NCBI GenBank assembly: GCA_030141605.1
Contig: JAQGDQ010000002.1
Coordinates: 2,232,001 to 2,296,000 of the forward strand
DNA from: Tubiluchus corallicola
Lineage: Eukaryota; Animalia; Priapulida
Length of the DNA stretch: 64,000 bases
Direction of reading: 5' to 3'
Shown: positions 52,001 through 64,000 of the stretch, piece by piece
How the letters are laid out: the number at the start of each line of letters is the position of its first letter
Numbering within the stretch: the stretch's first letter is position 1
The notes under the pieces: generated by a model
What the model was told of the DNA's origin: nothing
The model's input: only the letters and a program-made list of their open reading frames with translations
Databases searched by the model: none
Translations under genes and position numbers: made by a program

Positions 52001-55000
52001 GAAGTTTGCAATGCCTCACAAGATGTTTTTGACTCAAATGCTGAGGAATGCCTTCGTTGTCAAAATGAATTATTCTGAATGTGAAAAAAAAAAATTTAAC
52101 TGTGTCAGAAAATTTGGAATTTAAGTTGACACTATTTATTTTGGCATTGAAGTTAATCTAATTTTTTTATTTGAATCAGATAAACTTTTGTTTTTTGAAC
52201 ACATGTCAAGCAGTGATAACAGACTAAGACCAAAGCAAATAAAATCAAAATAACAGAGACTTTTTATACAAGCTATTAAGGGAGTATAAAATTATGTTGA
52301 AAGTCTGGAGAAAGAATTCACTTACGCATGCATTTACTTTCTTGGCAAAGCAATAGTCTGCCTTGTGTACACGCTGCTAGCAAAAAGAATTATTCTTGAT
52401 TTTTTTCTATAGCATGTGCAAAATCGTATATTGACTGAACGACACGAAAAAATGTAGTAAAAAGCAGGAAAGGCACTATGCTTTGCAAAAATTTATGTTC
52501 ATAATTTTTGAACTGCAGTTTTTTTAAAAGGAAGTAAAATTAGAATGAATCCTTGAATAGACAAAAAAATGTAGAAAAACATTAAGGGAAAGTACAAATA
52601 CACAGCGATTGTTGCCCAAACATGTATGAATTCATTACAGAAATAGAAACACCAACTTGTGCAGAGACTTTGACAAAATTTTTTAAAAAGACAAATTGAA
52701 CGTATGCCTCAATAAAGGTTTATTTTTTAATTTAAAACTAACCAGGTGGTAGGTAAAGTATTCCTCTTACTGCACCACTGTGTATAATCTCTACTGTAAC
52801 ACCTTCTCTCCTGTACCACCTGCGTAAAGATTTTTCTGTCAATGGAGTTACACCTGATTGTAATACTTCAGCAGCTTCTATGAGCCCATCATACACAAGC
52901 AGTTTATACCGGAGAGGCTCACTTGTGTCTTTCTTGTGTAATCGTATTCCCTCCTGTTCTCCAGGAAGCACTTTTAATGAGCAGAATAAACCCATGGGCA
53001 TTAGGCCTGAAAACACGTAATTACAGCAAATGTGAAGTTGTTATGGGCCCTGCTTTCTTGTTGAAGGTACGGCATCTGCCCACACAAGCACTGTTGTGAG
53101 TGGCATGCAGAAAGACTTAGAATAATCGCGTAATTTTTGGAAGCATCCGGAATTCAGAAATCTGTACACGTTATACTACGAATTATCTGAAATGATCTGT
53201 ATATAGTAATCGGGCTTCCGTAATGTTATGGAACATTCTGTAATTATAAAAATAAGACTGCCCACAGATATAATCAGTGCAGATTATTAGGTTGGTAGTA
53301 ATAGTAGTAAAAATTTTATTCATAGTCAAAGTTTGCAAAAGACAACATTAGCTGATGGTTATTTTCCGATGGGGTGAAAAAAAATTATAATACAAAGCAC
53401 ACAATGCATGACATAACCCAGTTTTACAATACTCCTATCTGCTATCTGTGGGCAGTAGCATACATTTTGTTAGAAATAGTAAAATACAATCACAAATTTC
53501 AAAACTCTATAATGCATCTTCTTCATTTTCTAAACATTCGTACTTCAATAGCAATAAAAAGTTAATGAACAATAACTAAATTGAGATTTTGCAAAAGCAT
53601 GGAAGATTTTTAATTTACCGTATTTATTCGAGTATAACGCACACACGTGTATAATGCGCACACCTAATTTTCGATTAAAAATCGGTATAAAATTTTGTTT
53701 CACTTTTTCTCGGCTCAGAAAAAGCAGTGTAAGTGACAAACGTTGTTGAACACGTGCAGCCATGAGAAAAATCATTTATTGACAATGTAAAGTAAATTGT
53801 GAACACAATACCGAAATAAAATTTATAATATTTATTAAAAATCATTCAATTTATTTATATACCAGTAAATAAAAATGTAAATAACACTGAATTGAAACTT
53901 TATAACTCTGGATATTGGTAATTGTGCAAAACATGCAATGCTTAATTCAAGTTGTAGTGTGGGCGAGGCGAGGCGAGGCGAGGAAATAATCAACTACCAT
54001 ACATCATAGTGGATAATAAGAATTCTTGGAAATGGCACCATCTGACAAAGTCTGCTGATGACACAAATATTATTGACTATTTCCTTAGCTACGCCTTGCC
54101 TTTGCAGTGAATATTGCGCATGCGCATGAGCTATTGAGAATTATTTATTTTAGATCGTACAAGCAAGTGCTTTGGATACTGTTGCTAAAAATAGACCATA
54201 GGCGTTTTGTGGGTCGAGAGATGTGGCTGCATTCAATATTTTGCAATTGTGGACAGCGATATCTTCGACTAATGTGTCATTGCACAAATAATATATTGAA
54301 ACATCTAATATGTCACCCCACCCCTCATTTATAATGCGCACCCAAACTTTAAGTTCTTTTTTTAGCTAGAAAGTTTTGCGCGTTATACTCGAATAAATAC
54401 GGTACATTCAATTTCTAGCATGTGACGTAAATGCTTTTTTATTGTGTGAGTTTTGTGTTCTTGATTATGGAATGCAAACATTTTTATACATTTTATGCTG
54501 CTGCCTTTACTGTGTTCATTATCGCGTATTGCAATAATTATGTTAATTACTGCTTGTAATGTGCTCAGTTATTTCTGTCTGTGGCTTTAAAGATTTTAGT
54601 ATTGCAATAAAGATAAAAAATAAATAAAATCGCAGAACGTTATCCTCAGTTGTGAATAGCTATTTAACCAAGCATAAAGCATTGAAGTGATTCATACAGC
54701 AACAATTCTGTGGATGGTGTATGTAGTGGAGCCATGCGGGAGTTAAAATAATATTTTAAATAATGTAAAAGTAAAATATTGTAATGAATATTATGAGTAT
54801 TGTTATGTTAACATAAGAGTAATGTTATGAAGAGCTCAAACTTTTGTTAATGAAGTTAACGTTTTCGCAAATACACATAATTTAGAATTCACTAATACAC
54901 ACTGTAAGAATGGCAGTAAAACTACAGCATTTGACATATAAAAATTACCTTTATATGATCCACCGAAACAATGATGCTCAGACAGATTGACTTCTCCTTT

Positions 55001-55680
55001 ATTTGTTGCTTGGAAATGTCCACACGATGCCCAGCCTCTGTTATCTTCCACAATATGAGCCACTACAGTAATTTTTTGATCTAAAGAAAGAAATTTACAT
55101 GAGACTATTGACTTTGGTTGAGCAAAAATATTAAGAATTTCACACTAAAATTCAACATTTAATATGTCTGTTTATCAAGTGTAAGAACCTACACAACTGA
55201 CAATAATTTACATAAAAAACTTCTATTTTATTCAGATATAGCAGTTCATGAAATATGGACTGTTGAGCAGTCCACATATTTGTAAACACTTTTTTGACCA
55301 AATAATTTATTCTTACTTTTTAATTTACATGGCATTTATGTAGCTAGTGGGTGCGGATATGGATGTATTTTTCACCTGCGGAAAAAATCAGTAGGAAATA
55401 ACTGTAGGAAAAGAATTATAACACATATGCAGGCTGCATAAACAGATGCAATGAAAAACAATATAAACCGATTTTATCTATTCTGCAATCCCAAAAACGC
55501 ATCTGCATCGGCATGCTACATAAATGCCACTTTAGTTTGCAGATATAGGCCCAATTTAAAGAAAGTGGCTCTGAAAGGAAAACTTTATTTTAATTTTATA
55601 CCTGGGAGCAATCCTGTCACCAAAATTCTAATGACTTCATCAACGATAGCAGTACTTGGCAACACGTGGATGGCCACCAT
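46074..55680 (-). CDS. ACOT: Type-I acyl-CoA thioesterase / BAAT-family hydrolase (~421 aa, 9 exons, PTS1-like SKM end)
   Basis: Exons 55602-55680, 54949-55080, 52743-53006, 51658-51827, 50695-50817, 49554-49633, 48507-48585, 47960-48164, 46074-46207; phases consistent (1266 nt). Motifs: [52 protein letters not shown] (Ser), GGDD (Asp), [12 protein letters not shown] (His), AQEDSWKK. Confidence 0.92.
47306..47522. repeat. ~105 bp tandem duplication with a third copy at 49781-49878
   Basis: taacct(g/a)tta(c/t)aga.actcta.tttt.caatctaactattacttgtcaactttttt occurs at ~47318, ~47433 and ~49781. Confidence 0.85.
47609..47860 (+). mobile_element. SINE with tRNA A-box plus 5S-derived head, in ACOT intron 8
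   Basis: cagctgagtgg followed by gcaatgtcaggcctgtttagtaaatggattggtgac; body ttgaaggagaat shared with the 60265 copy. Confidence 0.65.
53618..54402. mobile_element. Tc1/mariner-pogo-type MITE (785 bp)
   Basis: Perfect 23 bp TIRs CCGTATTTATTCGAGTATAACGC / GCGTTATACTCGAATAAATACGG with TA on both sides; internal direct repeat tataatgcgcac. Confidence 0.9.
55330..55529. mobile_element. 200 bp MITE
   Basis: Perfect 15 bp TIRs tggcatttatgtagc / gctacataaatgcca; no clear TSD. Confidence 0.6.
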
Positions 55681-58160
55681 TCCTGCTGCTTTAGTAGAAG
55701 TCTAGCAACCACAAAACCAAACAAGATTTCCACTAAATAAACAAATTGAAAGTATTGATATATGAACAAATAATGCATTTTCATTGATTCAATATTACGA
55801 AAGCATTGCAAGGTTATCTGCCTGTCAAATAAATGTTAAAATACTTAAATTATAATATTTACTTGACATTAAAATCTGCACAATTTCATACAATTTTGTA
55901 AGTAAAAAACAGTACACGTGGCAAAAAAACACAAAGCCTTGTGACTGGTCATAAAAGATACACATTCTAGCTCTTTTTGTTCATTTTTTCCAAATAATGA
56001 TTGCTCCAATACATCTTTTATATAATATGTGTTACTGAACACCAGTTTATCTGTTGAAGAACAAATAACAATTAGCTTATAATCAATTGTTTTACAAAAA
56101 GCACTTGATAAGCAAACTAATATGGTACAAATGCATATAGTACACATACCTAAAGTTGTTATAACATTCATTTATCTTCTAATTCAGCAAAGAAACACCT
56201 TTCAATAATTGCAATGGTAAAATGATGATCACAGCCAGTTCACCAAAAATATGCTGACTGTGCTATTCCTGACACCGAATTTCAAAAATAAGTAAATAGC
56301 TTATCTGGTTATAAACCCAGCTAATTCTAGACTGGATATTTATTATAAAAAATTATGCAAAGTTTACAGTGGCTTTTATTGATTTAACACTTTATCTCGT
56401 ATAAGTGTTTGACCTACTCAAGGGTATGTGCAAGGTTATAACTAATAGATAAGTGCTACATCCCTACATGTATAACTGACTAATAATACGTGCACATTAG
56501 GACACCTGATACTACTGTAAGCATTTGTTAAAGTTGATAGCAGCCCTCTCAATTATTATATTCACAAAGTTTAGTATGACCAGCATAAGCAGTTTAAAAT
56601 CTAGTGTTAATGCTTACATAAATTTTTTGAATTGGTCACGCATAAGTCGTTTTACATGTATTTTTGCACCTATAATTGAAATATCCTTCTCAGCAGCTAG
56701 TTGCCTGAGATCCAGATTTTTTTTGTCACTAAGCAAGATTCATATTGAAGGGTCAAGAGGAATAATGAAGTTTTAACTTTCATACTTAGCATTAATGCTG
56801 CAATGCTGGAAAAAATTTGTTGGAATGTAAGTAAAAAGATCTATTATTTTACTTTTACAACAAGTTTGTGCAGTGGTAGACTTTTTAGTGAAGACCAGCA
56901 TTCTGGTCCTCAGGTAAGAGGGTTTAATTTTTCACATAAAACCTTGATAGAAATTATGAAATGCCCTTTATTTCTTGTGGTCAGTTTGGTTGTTGCTGGT
57001 TTTCTGGAATGCACGACAAATCACTGCCAAACATACACTCATTTTTCGTGTTTTTCCATATGTTTATGTATTTATACGGCTATCAGCGAGCAAGTATTTG
57101 CGAATCTGAGCCAGTGTGCTGACTGCCGATCTGTGTATTCACACAAATTTATCAATTTAGGGTGATAACTTGCATGCACAATTTATTCTGAAGGTGCTCT
57201 GTTTCTTAAACAGTTTAGAGAAGTGCAAAACTTTCTCAGAAGACTGAACTGTGCACATCCAGCTACAAACCTACATTGCTCACCAAACTACAAAGGGTAT
57301 GTATGTTGCTGGCTTGCACCCAATTTGCTGACTACACCATTTGAATCTTGGATTTACCTGGGCATTTGTTGCTAATGTGGGTTTGCACTGCTTTTGACAG
57401 AAAATGGCACATTAAGCTAATTCAAGTGTTCCATATGTAGAAACTTTTGTTTCACAAATATTAATTTGGAACTGCTGAAAGTCTTAAAAAGTAGACTGAC
57501 ATTCATTTTTTTATTTGAATTTCCAAAAAATATCTTGTTGAAAATGGCAAATTTCCGTGGTGAAAAAATCAATAGAGTGCGAGAATGGATTAGGTATGAA
57601 AATGTAAACTCCACTTTGTCTGATAACAAGATTTATTGATACTGCTTAGAGAATACTCTGAATGTCATAAGAAGGACACCTTGACAATCACATGGGTAGT
57701 AAATAAATATCATTGGTACGTGTTTTAGACCCAAGTCGGACTTTTTTGCTCCTCTCAATGATTGGAATTGTTTCAAGAAAAAGTCAGGTAAAATAAAATA
57801 TTAAAGTACAAATTTCATTCTGTTCTTACTGCAGCATGTATCAATAAGAACTGCTGCATGCAGATTCTGTCATTTATAACAATCACTGTTTTTTTACATC
57901 ATTAAATGGTGTGATACGCGAATGGTCCTTGCTTTGGTATTTACCAGCCTTCATGAACCAGAAGGAAGAATACACTCTTCTCCCTAAAGGATCTGGGATA
58001 TTTCCCCCTCAGCACTGAAGATTTTGTATTTTCTTGTAGCTAAGAAGAAGAACTTTGTTTCTGATGCTGTAAAGTCAGAGGATGATCCTAGCTGAGCCTA
58101 CAGTATTTTAGTCTTCTTTCTTATCACAGTGGACACAAATAGTTTCCAGAGAGAATTATT

Positions 58161-61100
58161 CTACATTTTGTTAGTAGTTAAAGTAGTTTGTTTTTCATCA
58201 ACATGCTGATGAAAAAAAAGATAAAACTTTTTTCCAACTGTTTTCCTGTGCAAAATTGTGCTCTACAACTAGTCCTCCAAATAACAGCATCAGTTCTAAA
58301 GTGCAGTTAAATAAAGCATTAAATCTCGTATGTACTAAGATGAACACCAGTTTGAGCCTACTACAGTCATTGCTGAATCAGAGAAAAATGTTTAAAAAGT
58401 ACTAAAATAGGCTATGCCAGATGAAACTTGTTCAATGAAAAAAATTTCCCCAAAAAGTGTTTTCATATAAAACATTCCCTAAAAAATTCCAAGAAGATAT
58501 ATCTGCTAGAAAAAAAATTTCTCAGAGATATATTTCTTGCACCAGAACAGTTATCCAAAAACTGCTATTTCATAGGAAAAAATTTTTATCACAAAAAAAT
58601 AAGTTATACTTTCAAAGCATAAAAACAGGTAATGAAACAGCAATGAAAATGTTTTGGAAACTTGACGATAGTATAGAAACAGTAAGGCTGAGGAAAAACA
58701 GCAGAATGACATGCACTTCAAAACAGGCTATTTGTTCTAATTAAAGATATTCTTGTGTAAAATAAATTATAGGGAATGTTAAAAATCAGTCAGATGCAGA
58801 CCTCAATCAAATGCAGACTGTAGTATGGTGTATATTACAGTGCCTGTTAACAAAAAGATAAATTTGAGGAAAGAAAACAACAAGAAAATAATTTTTTGCC
58901 AATAGTAGACTGTTTGCTCCGAATTACCTTCAATAAAATGCTCTTGATTAAAATTAAATAAATTAATCTTTATCAGAGAGACAAAACTTCAAACTTTTCT
59001 TAAAAAACTGGGCCACAAACTGTTGGTAAACCTTAGTGAGAGAGAGTATTTCAAAATATATTTGCAATGAAGCCGCATGGTATTTTTGAGAAATGGGGGG
59101 TATTCCAAAGACAATGACGTAGTTCCATACTACAGAACACATATTGGCGACATGGAATACCAACAAGATTATTAAATTCAGCAGTCTCAGACAGTCAGCT
59201 CTCAGAAACAGTGTTATCTAATGACCCCTCACCACTGAATGACAGCAGGTTCAAGGTTGCGCTAATATAATCATAAAAAAACAGAGCATCAAGAGCATCA
59301 TGGACTTTACAAGCCAAACTGGAGCCACATCATCGTTACTCTGCTTGTTTGTTGGTGTCCCTATTGTGCCGCATGACACTTTTGAGAAAAAGAACAACTC
59401 TGGAGATTGAAAAAAGACTTCACATGTAGCTGTAGAAATAACTCAGAAGAGTCTTTCACTATATATTACATATATAGAGCAAGTGAAATAGTTGTGGTCA
59501 TGGTGTGATCACAATTAGCAATAATCATCATATAGTCGGTAAATGGTAGGGGTGACAATCAAGACAACCATTCCTAGGGAGTTTCAAGGCAATACCTCCT
59601 CCAGTTTTCTCTTGCTTAGGAGGGTGCATAGTTGCATACACATTAGAACTTGGCCAAGGTACCGCTGCCGGTTGTCTTACAGAATTATCCTTGATAAACA
59701 ACTACATCTGGCCCAATGATCAATTTAGCAAGTAGGCCCTGTCTTTGAGTGGTTTACTTTTACACTTTTGCAGCTTAAAGTGTGCCAAATTGTAAAATAA
59801 TGATTTTTGTGAACAAAAGTTTGAGGAAATAATTTTTTTCTCCATGCTACCCCCTCAAAAATCTTTCCCAAATTTAAGCAAATTTACAGGGTACGCAGCA
59901 TGCCTGTATCTTAACAACATAGTCTGTCAAGACAGTGTCATCTCCATGTTTTATCTTACACTTGCTTTATTTTAAATGACAACCATAAATAACATTTTTT
60001 TCCAAATTATAACACATTTGAGAAAAACAAAAGTGACAAATAATGCCAGTCGGCTTTTCTGGTGATACTCAACCATAGCAGATTCATGACAGAAATATTC
60101 ATCCATCTGCTGCTTGTCAAATTTTTACTTGTAGTTTACTTTTTGTTCGTTATTTAATAGTGCTCTGCCATGCATGAATGTAATCTACTACAGTGTGAAA
60201 ACTGCCTATCACAAACAGTGATGTACTTAAGCAATTTAATAGCCTTGAAAAACATCTCTTAGGAATAGCGATTGGCTGCAATGTTAAGCAATGTGAGACC
60301 TGGTTAGTAAATGGATGGGTGACTGCCCAAAAAAGATTCTTTGCAGTTTCATCTGATAGCCTGTTTCAGCTATCTACCTCATTGAAGGAGAATGTACAAA
60401 CACCAGAAAATGACTAATGTGCACCTACTGTTAGTCCTAGGCTGATAGTGTGCCAATAATGTATAAACTATTGAAGAATGTTATTCATTAACAGCTAATA
60501 GCAACTACAAATTGTTAGAAAGGGGTTTGTTTACCACCCTGAACGTACTTATCTGTACAGTTCAAGTTTTTTTTAACAAAAGGCATATATGGAGAGTCAA
60601 TCACACATCCAGCCTCTGGATAAACAAGGACTTCATAGTTCATCTAGCCATGTTTTGCCATATATTCAGTTAAGGCGGCAAGATGTTTCTCCACTGCCAC
60701 GGTCTTATCGTACCCTCCATACACAAATAAAAGGTTTGCAGTTGTATCTCTTAGCTATAAAAAAAACAAAATAAAAATAATAAAAACGACTGTTGTAAAA
60801 TTCCATACATACAATGCACTGCCTAATTTTGCCACTAGTACAACTTTTGCGGCACTAAATTAATTTCGTCGTTCAAACATATTCTGGATCTATTATTATA
60901 GATAAAGCATATCAAGACTGTTTTATGGGAATTAATTTCAAGATGTTCTCAAAATAATGTGCTCAGACAGATTGTACTTGAGGTAGTATGACCACAGAAT
61001 ACTAATGTTTTCTTTCATCCTTAAAGAAACAAGTAGAGCTAGTACGTGTAATTCAGGAACTGAGTGAACATTGTTGTATAAACTAGTTGGTTAAATGCTA

Positions 61101-61215
61101 GAAAAAATTACATGTTTCATAAGTTGGAGGTTAGTATACCTGAATCACGCTGTCTGTCTAAGAAAAGTGTTATAATATTTTTCAAATGCCAATATTCCAC
61201 TTTGTTTAATTTCAC
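58161..61215 (-). pseudogene. Tandem ACOT paralogue, 3' exons, pseudogenised (5' part runs toward or beyond the window end)
   Basis: Exon homologues at 58161-58295, 60549-60754 and ~61140-61215. In-frame TAG at 60644-60646, catalytic GAGH changed to EAGC, and +1 nt in A/T runs of both last exons relative to the intact gene. Confidence 0.85.
60265..60440 (+). mobile_element. 5S-derived SINE (best-preserved head)
   Basis: GTTAAGCAATGTGAGACCTGGTTAGTAAATGGATGGGTGACTGCC (60283-60327) closely follows the 5S rRNA box A-IE-box C segment but lacks the 5' half and 3' end of 5S. Confidence 0.75.
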
Positions 61216-61295
61216 ATACAAATATGATACCCAAAGTAGTTACATACACACCAAATGGTGAATGGAATATTCAGATTTAAGAAAAGTTTAAGCAC

Positions 61296-63566
61296 TGTAG
61301 AATAAGGACACTCTCTCAATAACTAACACAGTTCTAGTCAACTATTGTGAAATAAGGACACTCTCTCAATAACTAATATAGAACAAGTCAAGTGTTGTGA
61401 AACAAGGGCACTCTCTCAATAACTAGTACAGTTCTAGTCAACTCTTGTGAAACAAGGGCACTCTCTCAATAACTAGTACAGTTCTAGTCAACTCTTGTGA
61501 AACAAGGACACTCTCTCAATAACTAATACAGTTCTAGTCAACTGTTGTGAAACAAGGACACTCTCTCAATAACTAATACAGTTCTAGTCAACTGTTGTGA
61601 AACAAGGACACTCTCTCAATAACTAATACAGTTCTAGTCAACTGTTGTGAAACAAGGACACTCTCTCAATAACCAATACAGTACAAGTCAAGAGTTGTGA
61701 AACAAGGACACTCTCTCAATAACTAATACAGTACAAGTCAAGAGTTGTGAAACAAGGACACTCTCCAATAACTAATACAGTACAAGTCAAGAGTTGTGAA
61801 CAAAGACACTCTCTTAATAACTAATACAGTACAAGTCAAGAGTTGAGAAACAAGGACACTCTCCAATAACTAATACAGTACAAGTCAAGAGTTGTGAAAC
61901 AAAGACACTCTCTTAATAACTAATACAGTACAAGTCAAGAGGTGAGAAACAAGGACACTCTCCAATAACTAATACAGTACAAGTCAAGAGTTGAGAAACA
62001 AGGACACTCTCCAATAACTAATACAGTACAAGTCAAGAGTTGAGAAACAAGGACACTCTCCAATAACTAATACATCACAAGTCAAGAGTTGAGAAACAAG
62101 GACACTCTCCAATAACTAATACAGTACAAGTCAAGAGTTGAGAAACAAGGACACTCTCCAATAACTAATACAGTACAAGTCAAGAGTTGAGAAACAAGGA
62201 CACTCTCCAATAACTAATACAGTACAAGTCAAGAGTTGAGAAACAAGGACACTCTCCAATAACTAATACAGTACAAGTCAAGAGTTGTGAAACAAGGACA
62301 CTCTCTAAATAACTAATACAGTTCTAGTCAACTATTGTGAAACAAGAACACTCTCTCAATAACTAATACAGTTCTAGTCAACTGTTGTGAAACAAGGACA
62401 CTCTCTCAATAACCAATACAGTACAAGTCAAGAGTTGTGAAACAAGGACACTCTCCAATAACTAATACAGTACAAGTGAAGTTTTGTGAAACAAGGACAC
62501 TCTCTAAATAACTAATACAGTACAAGTCAAGAGTTGTGAAACAAGGACACTCTCCAATAACTAATACAGTACAAGTGAAGTTTTGCGAAACAAGGACACT
62601 CTCTAAATAACTAATACAGTACAAGTCAAGAGTTGTGAAACAAGGACACTCTCTAAATAACTAATACAGTACAAGTCAAGTGTTGTGAAACAAGGACACT
62701 CTCCAATAACTAATACAGTACAAGTGAAGTTTTGCGAAACAAGGACACTCTCTAAATAACTAATACAGTACAAGTCAAGTGTTGTGAAACAAGGACACTC
62801 TCTAAATAACTAATACAGTACAAGTCAAGAGTTGTGAAACAAGGACACTCTCTAAATAACTAATACAGTTCTAGTCAACTGTTATGAAACAAGGACACTC
62901 TCTCAATAACCAATACAGTACAAGTCAAGAGTTGTGAAACAAGGACACTCTCCAATAACTAATACAGTACATGTGAAGTTTTGTGAAACAAGGACACTCT
63001 CTAAATAACTAATACAGTACAAGTCAAGAGTTGTGAAACAAGGACACTCTCCAATAACTAATACAGTACAAGTGAAGTTTTGTGAAACAAGGACACTCTC
63101 TAAATAACTAATACAGTACAAGTCAAGAGTTGTGAAACAACGACACTCTCTAAATAACTAATACAGTACAAGTCAAGTGTTGCGAAACAAGGACACTCTC
63201 CAATAACTAATACAGTACAAGTCAAGTGTTGTGAAACAAGGACACTCTCTAAATAACTAATACAGTACAAGTCAAGAGTTGTGAAACAAAGACACTCTCT
63301 TAATAACTAATACAGTACAAGTCAAGAGTTGTGAAACAAAGACACTCTCTTATTAACTAATACAGTACAAGTCAAGAGTTGTGAAACAAAGACACTCTCT
63401 TAATAACTAATACAGTACAAGTCAAGAGTTGTGAAACAAAGACACTCTCTTAATAACTAATACAGTACAAGTCAATAGTTGTGAAACAAGGACACTCTCT
63501 CAATAACTAATATAGTTCAAGTGAAGCTTTGCGAAACCAGGACATTCTTTCAATAACTAATACAGT
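61296..63566. repeat. Minisatellite, ~45 copies of a 49-50 bp unit
   Basis: Consensus gtgaaacaaggacactctc(tc/c/ta)aataactaatacagtacaagtcaagagtt, with variant blocks (ttctagtcaact, tacaagtgaagttt). Confidence 0.97.
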
Positions 63567-64000
63567 TTTTGTGCTACTCTTTTTACTTAAACCTGATGCA
63601 TAAGCTCTGCTACAGTTTCGTAATCAAAACTGTTCATATTTGACTCAAGATCAGCTGTGCTTTTATATGGTTGAATTGCACTAATCATGTCATCTATACT
63701 GTTTGCTAATTACATATAATTCTACCCAACTGAGAATGGTAGTGAAATGTTTCGAGCCTTAAAAATAATACAATAGCCATTATCATAAGAATAAAATGAG
63801 AAATGTGTTTATAGCCTTTGTAATATGTAAAGAATTCCTTATATTCTAATGGACTTGCGGGAGCTGAACTATTGTTACTCCAAAGTGCCAGCATACAAAC
63901 TGTGCTGGATAAAGATAAATAAACCTAAAATTGGATTCCTTTAGTAAAGACTGTAAGTGCTGCCCAAATGTATGCATGTAGCATGAAAAACATAATGTAA

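Noticed and set aside
60283-60327. 5S rRNA gene
   Set aside because: Only the internal control region is present; the 5' half, 3' stem and terminator are missing, and it continues into a SINE body.
61296-63566. CRISPR-like array or repeat-protein ORFs (62406-62624, 62903-63121)
   Set aside because: No unique spacers and a eukaryotic context; the ORFs arise from 99 bp dimer periodicity and are broken by 49/50 bp frame changes.
63706-63910. Possible exon 6 homologue of the ACOT pseudogene (NNSSAPASPLEYK)
   Set aside because: Only faint similarity and no clean splice boundaries; needs the next window.

Overview
AT-rich invertebrate (metazoan) genomic DNA with spliceosomal introns; no prokaryotic features. 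I assembled five complete protein-coding genes by hand from GT-AG exons with consistent phases: TRAPPC13 (minus, 47-9631, 10 coding exons), a Fos/kayak-family bZIP gene (minus, 15495-20213, 4 exons), a CoREST/RCOR gene head-to-head with Fos (plus, 25032-42477, 12 exons), a two-exon secreted-type carboxylesterase nested antisense in CoREST intron 9 (36192-39087), and a type-I acyl-CoA thioesterase (ACOT/BAAT family; minus, 46074-55680, 9 exons, PTS1-like end). A tandem, pseudogenised ACOT paralogue follows it, with a ~2.3 kb 49-50 bp minisatellite in a presumed intron. Introns and intergenic DNA hold many non-autonomous TEs (hAT, piggyBac-like and Tc1/pogo-like MITEs, foldback elements, a probable solo LTR, 5S-derived SINEs). 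The most unusual items are a ~190 nt rod-like hairpin inside a probable solo LTR upstream of Fos, a perfect 160 bp spacerless palindrome, a CxxC-x15-CxxC GATA-like finger in CoREST, SINEs with a chimeric tRNA/5S head, and Fos-RCOR-ACOT linkage. I found nothing I can support as a wholly new biological system; these are leads. All family assignments come from recalled motifs, not from database searches.
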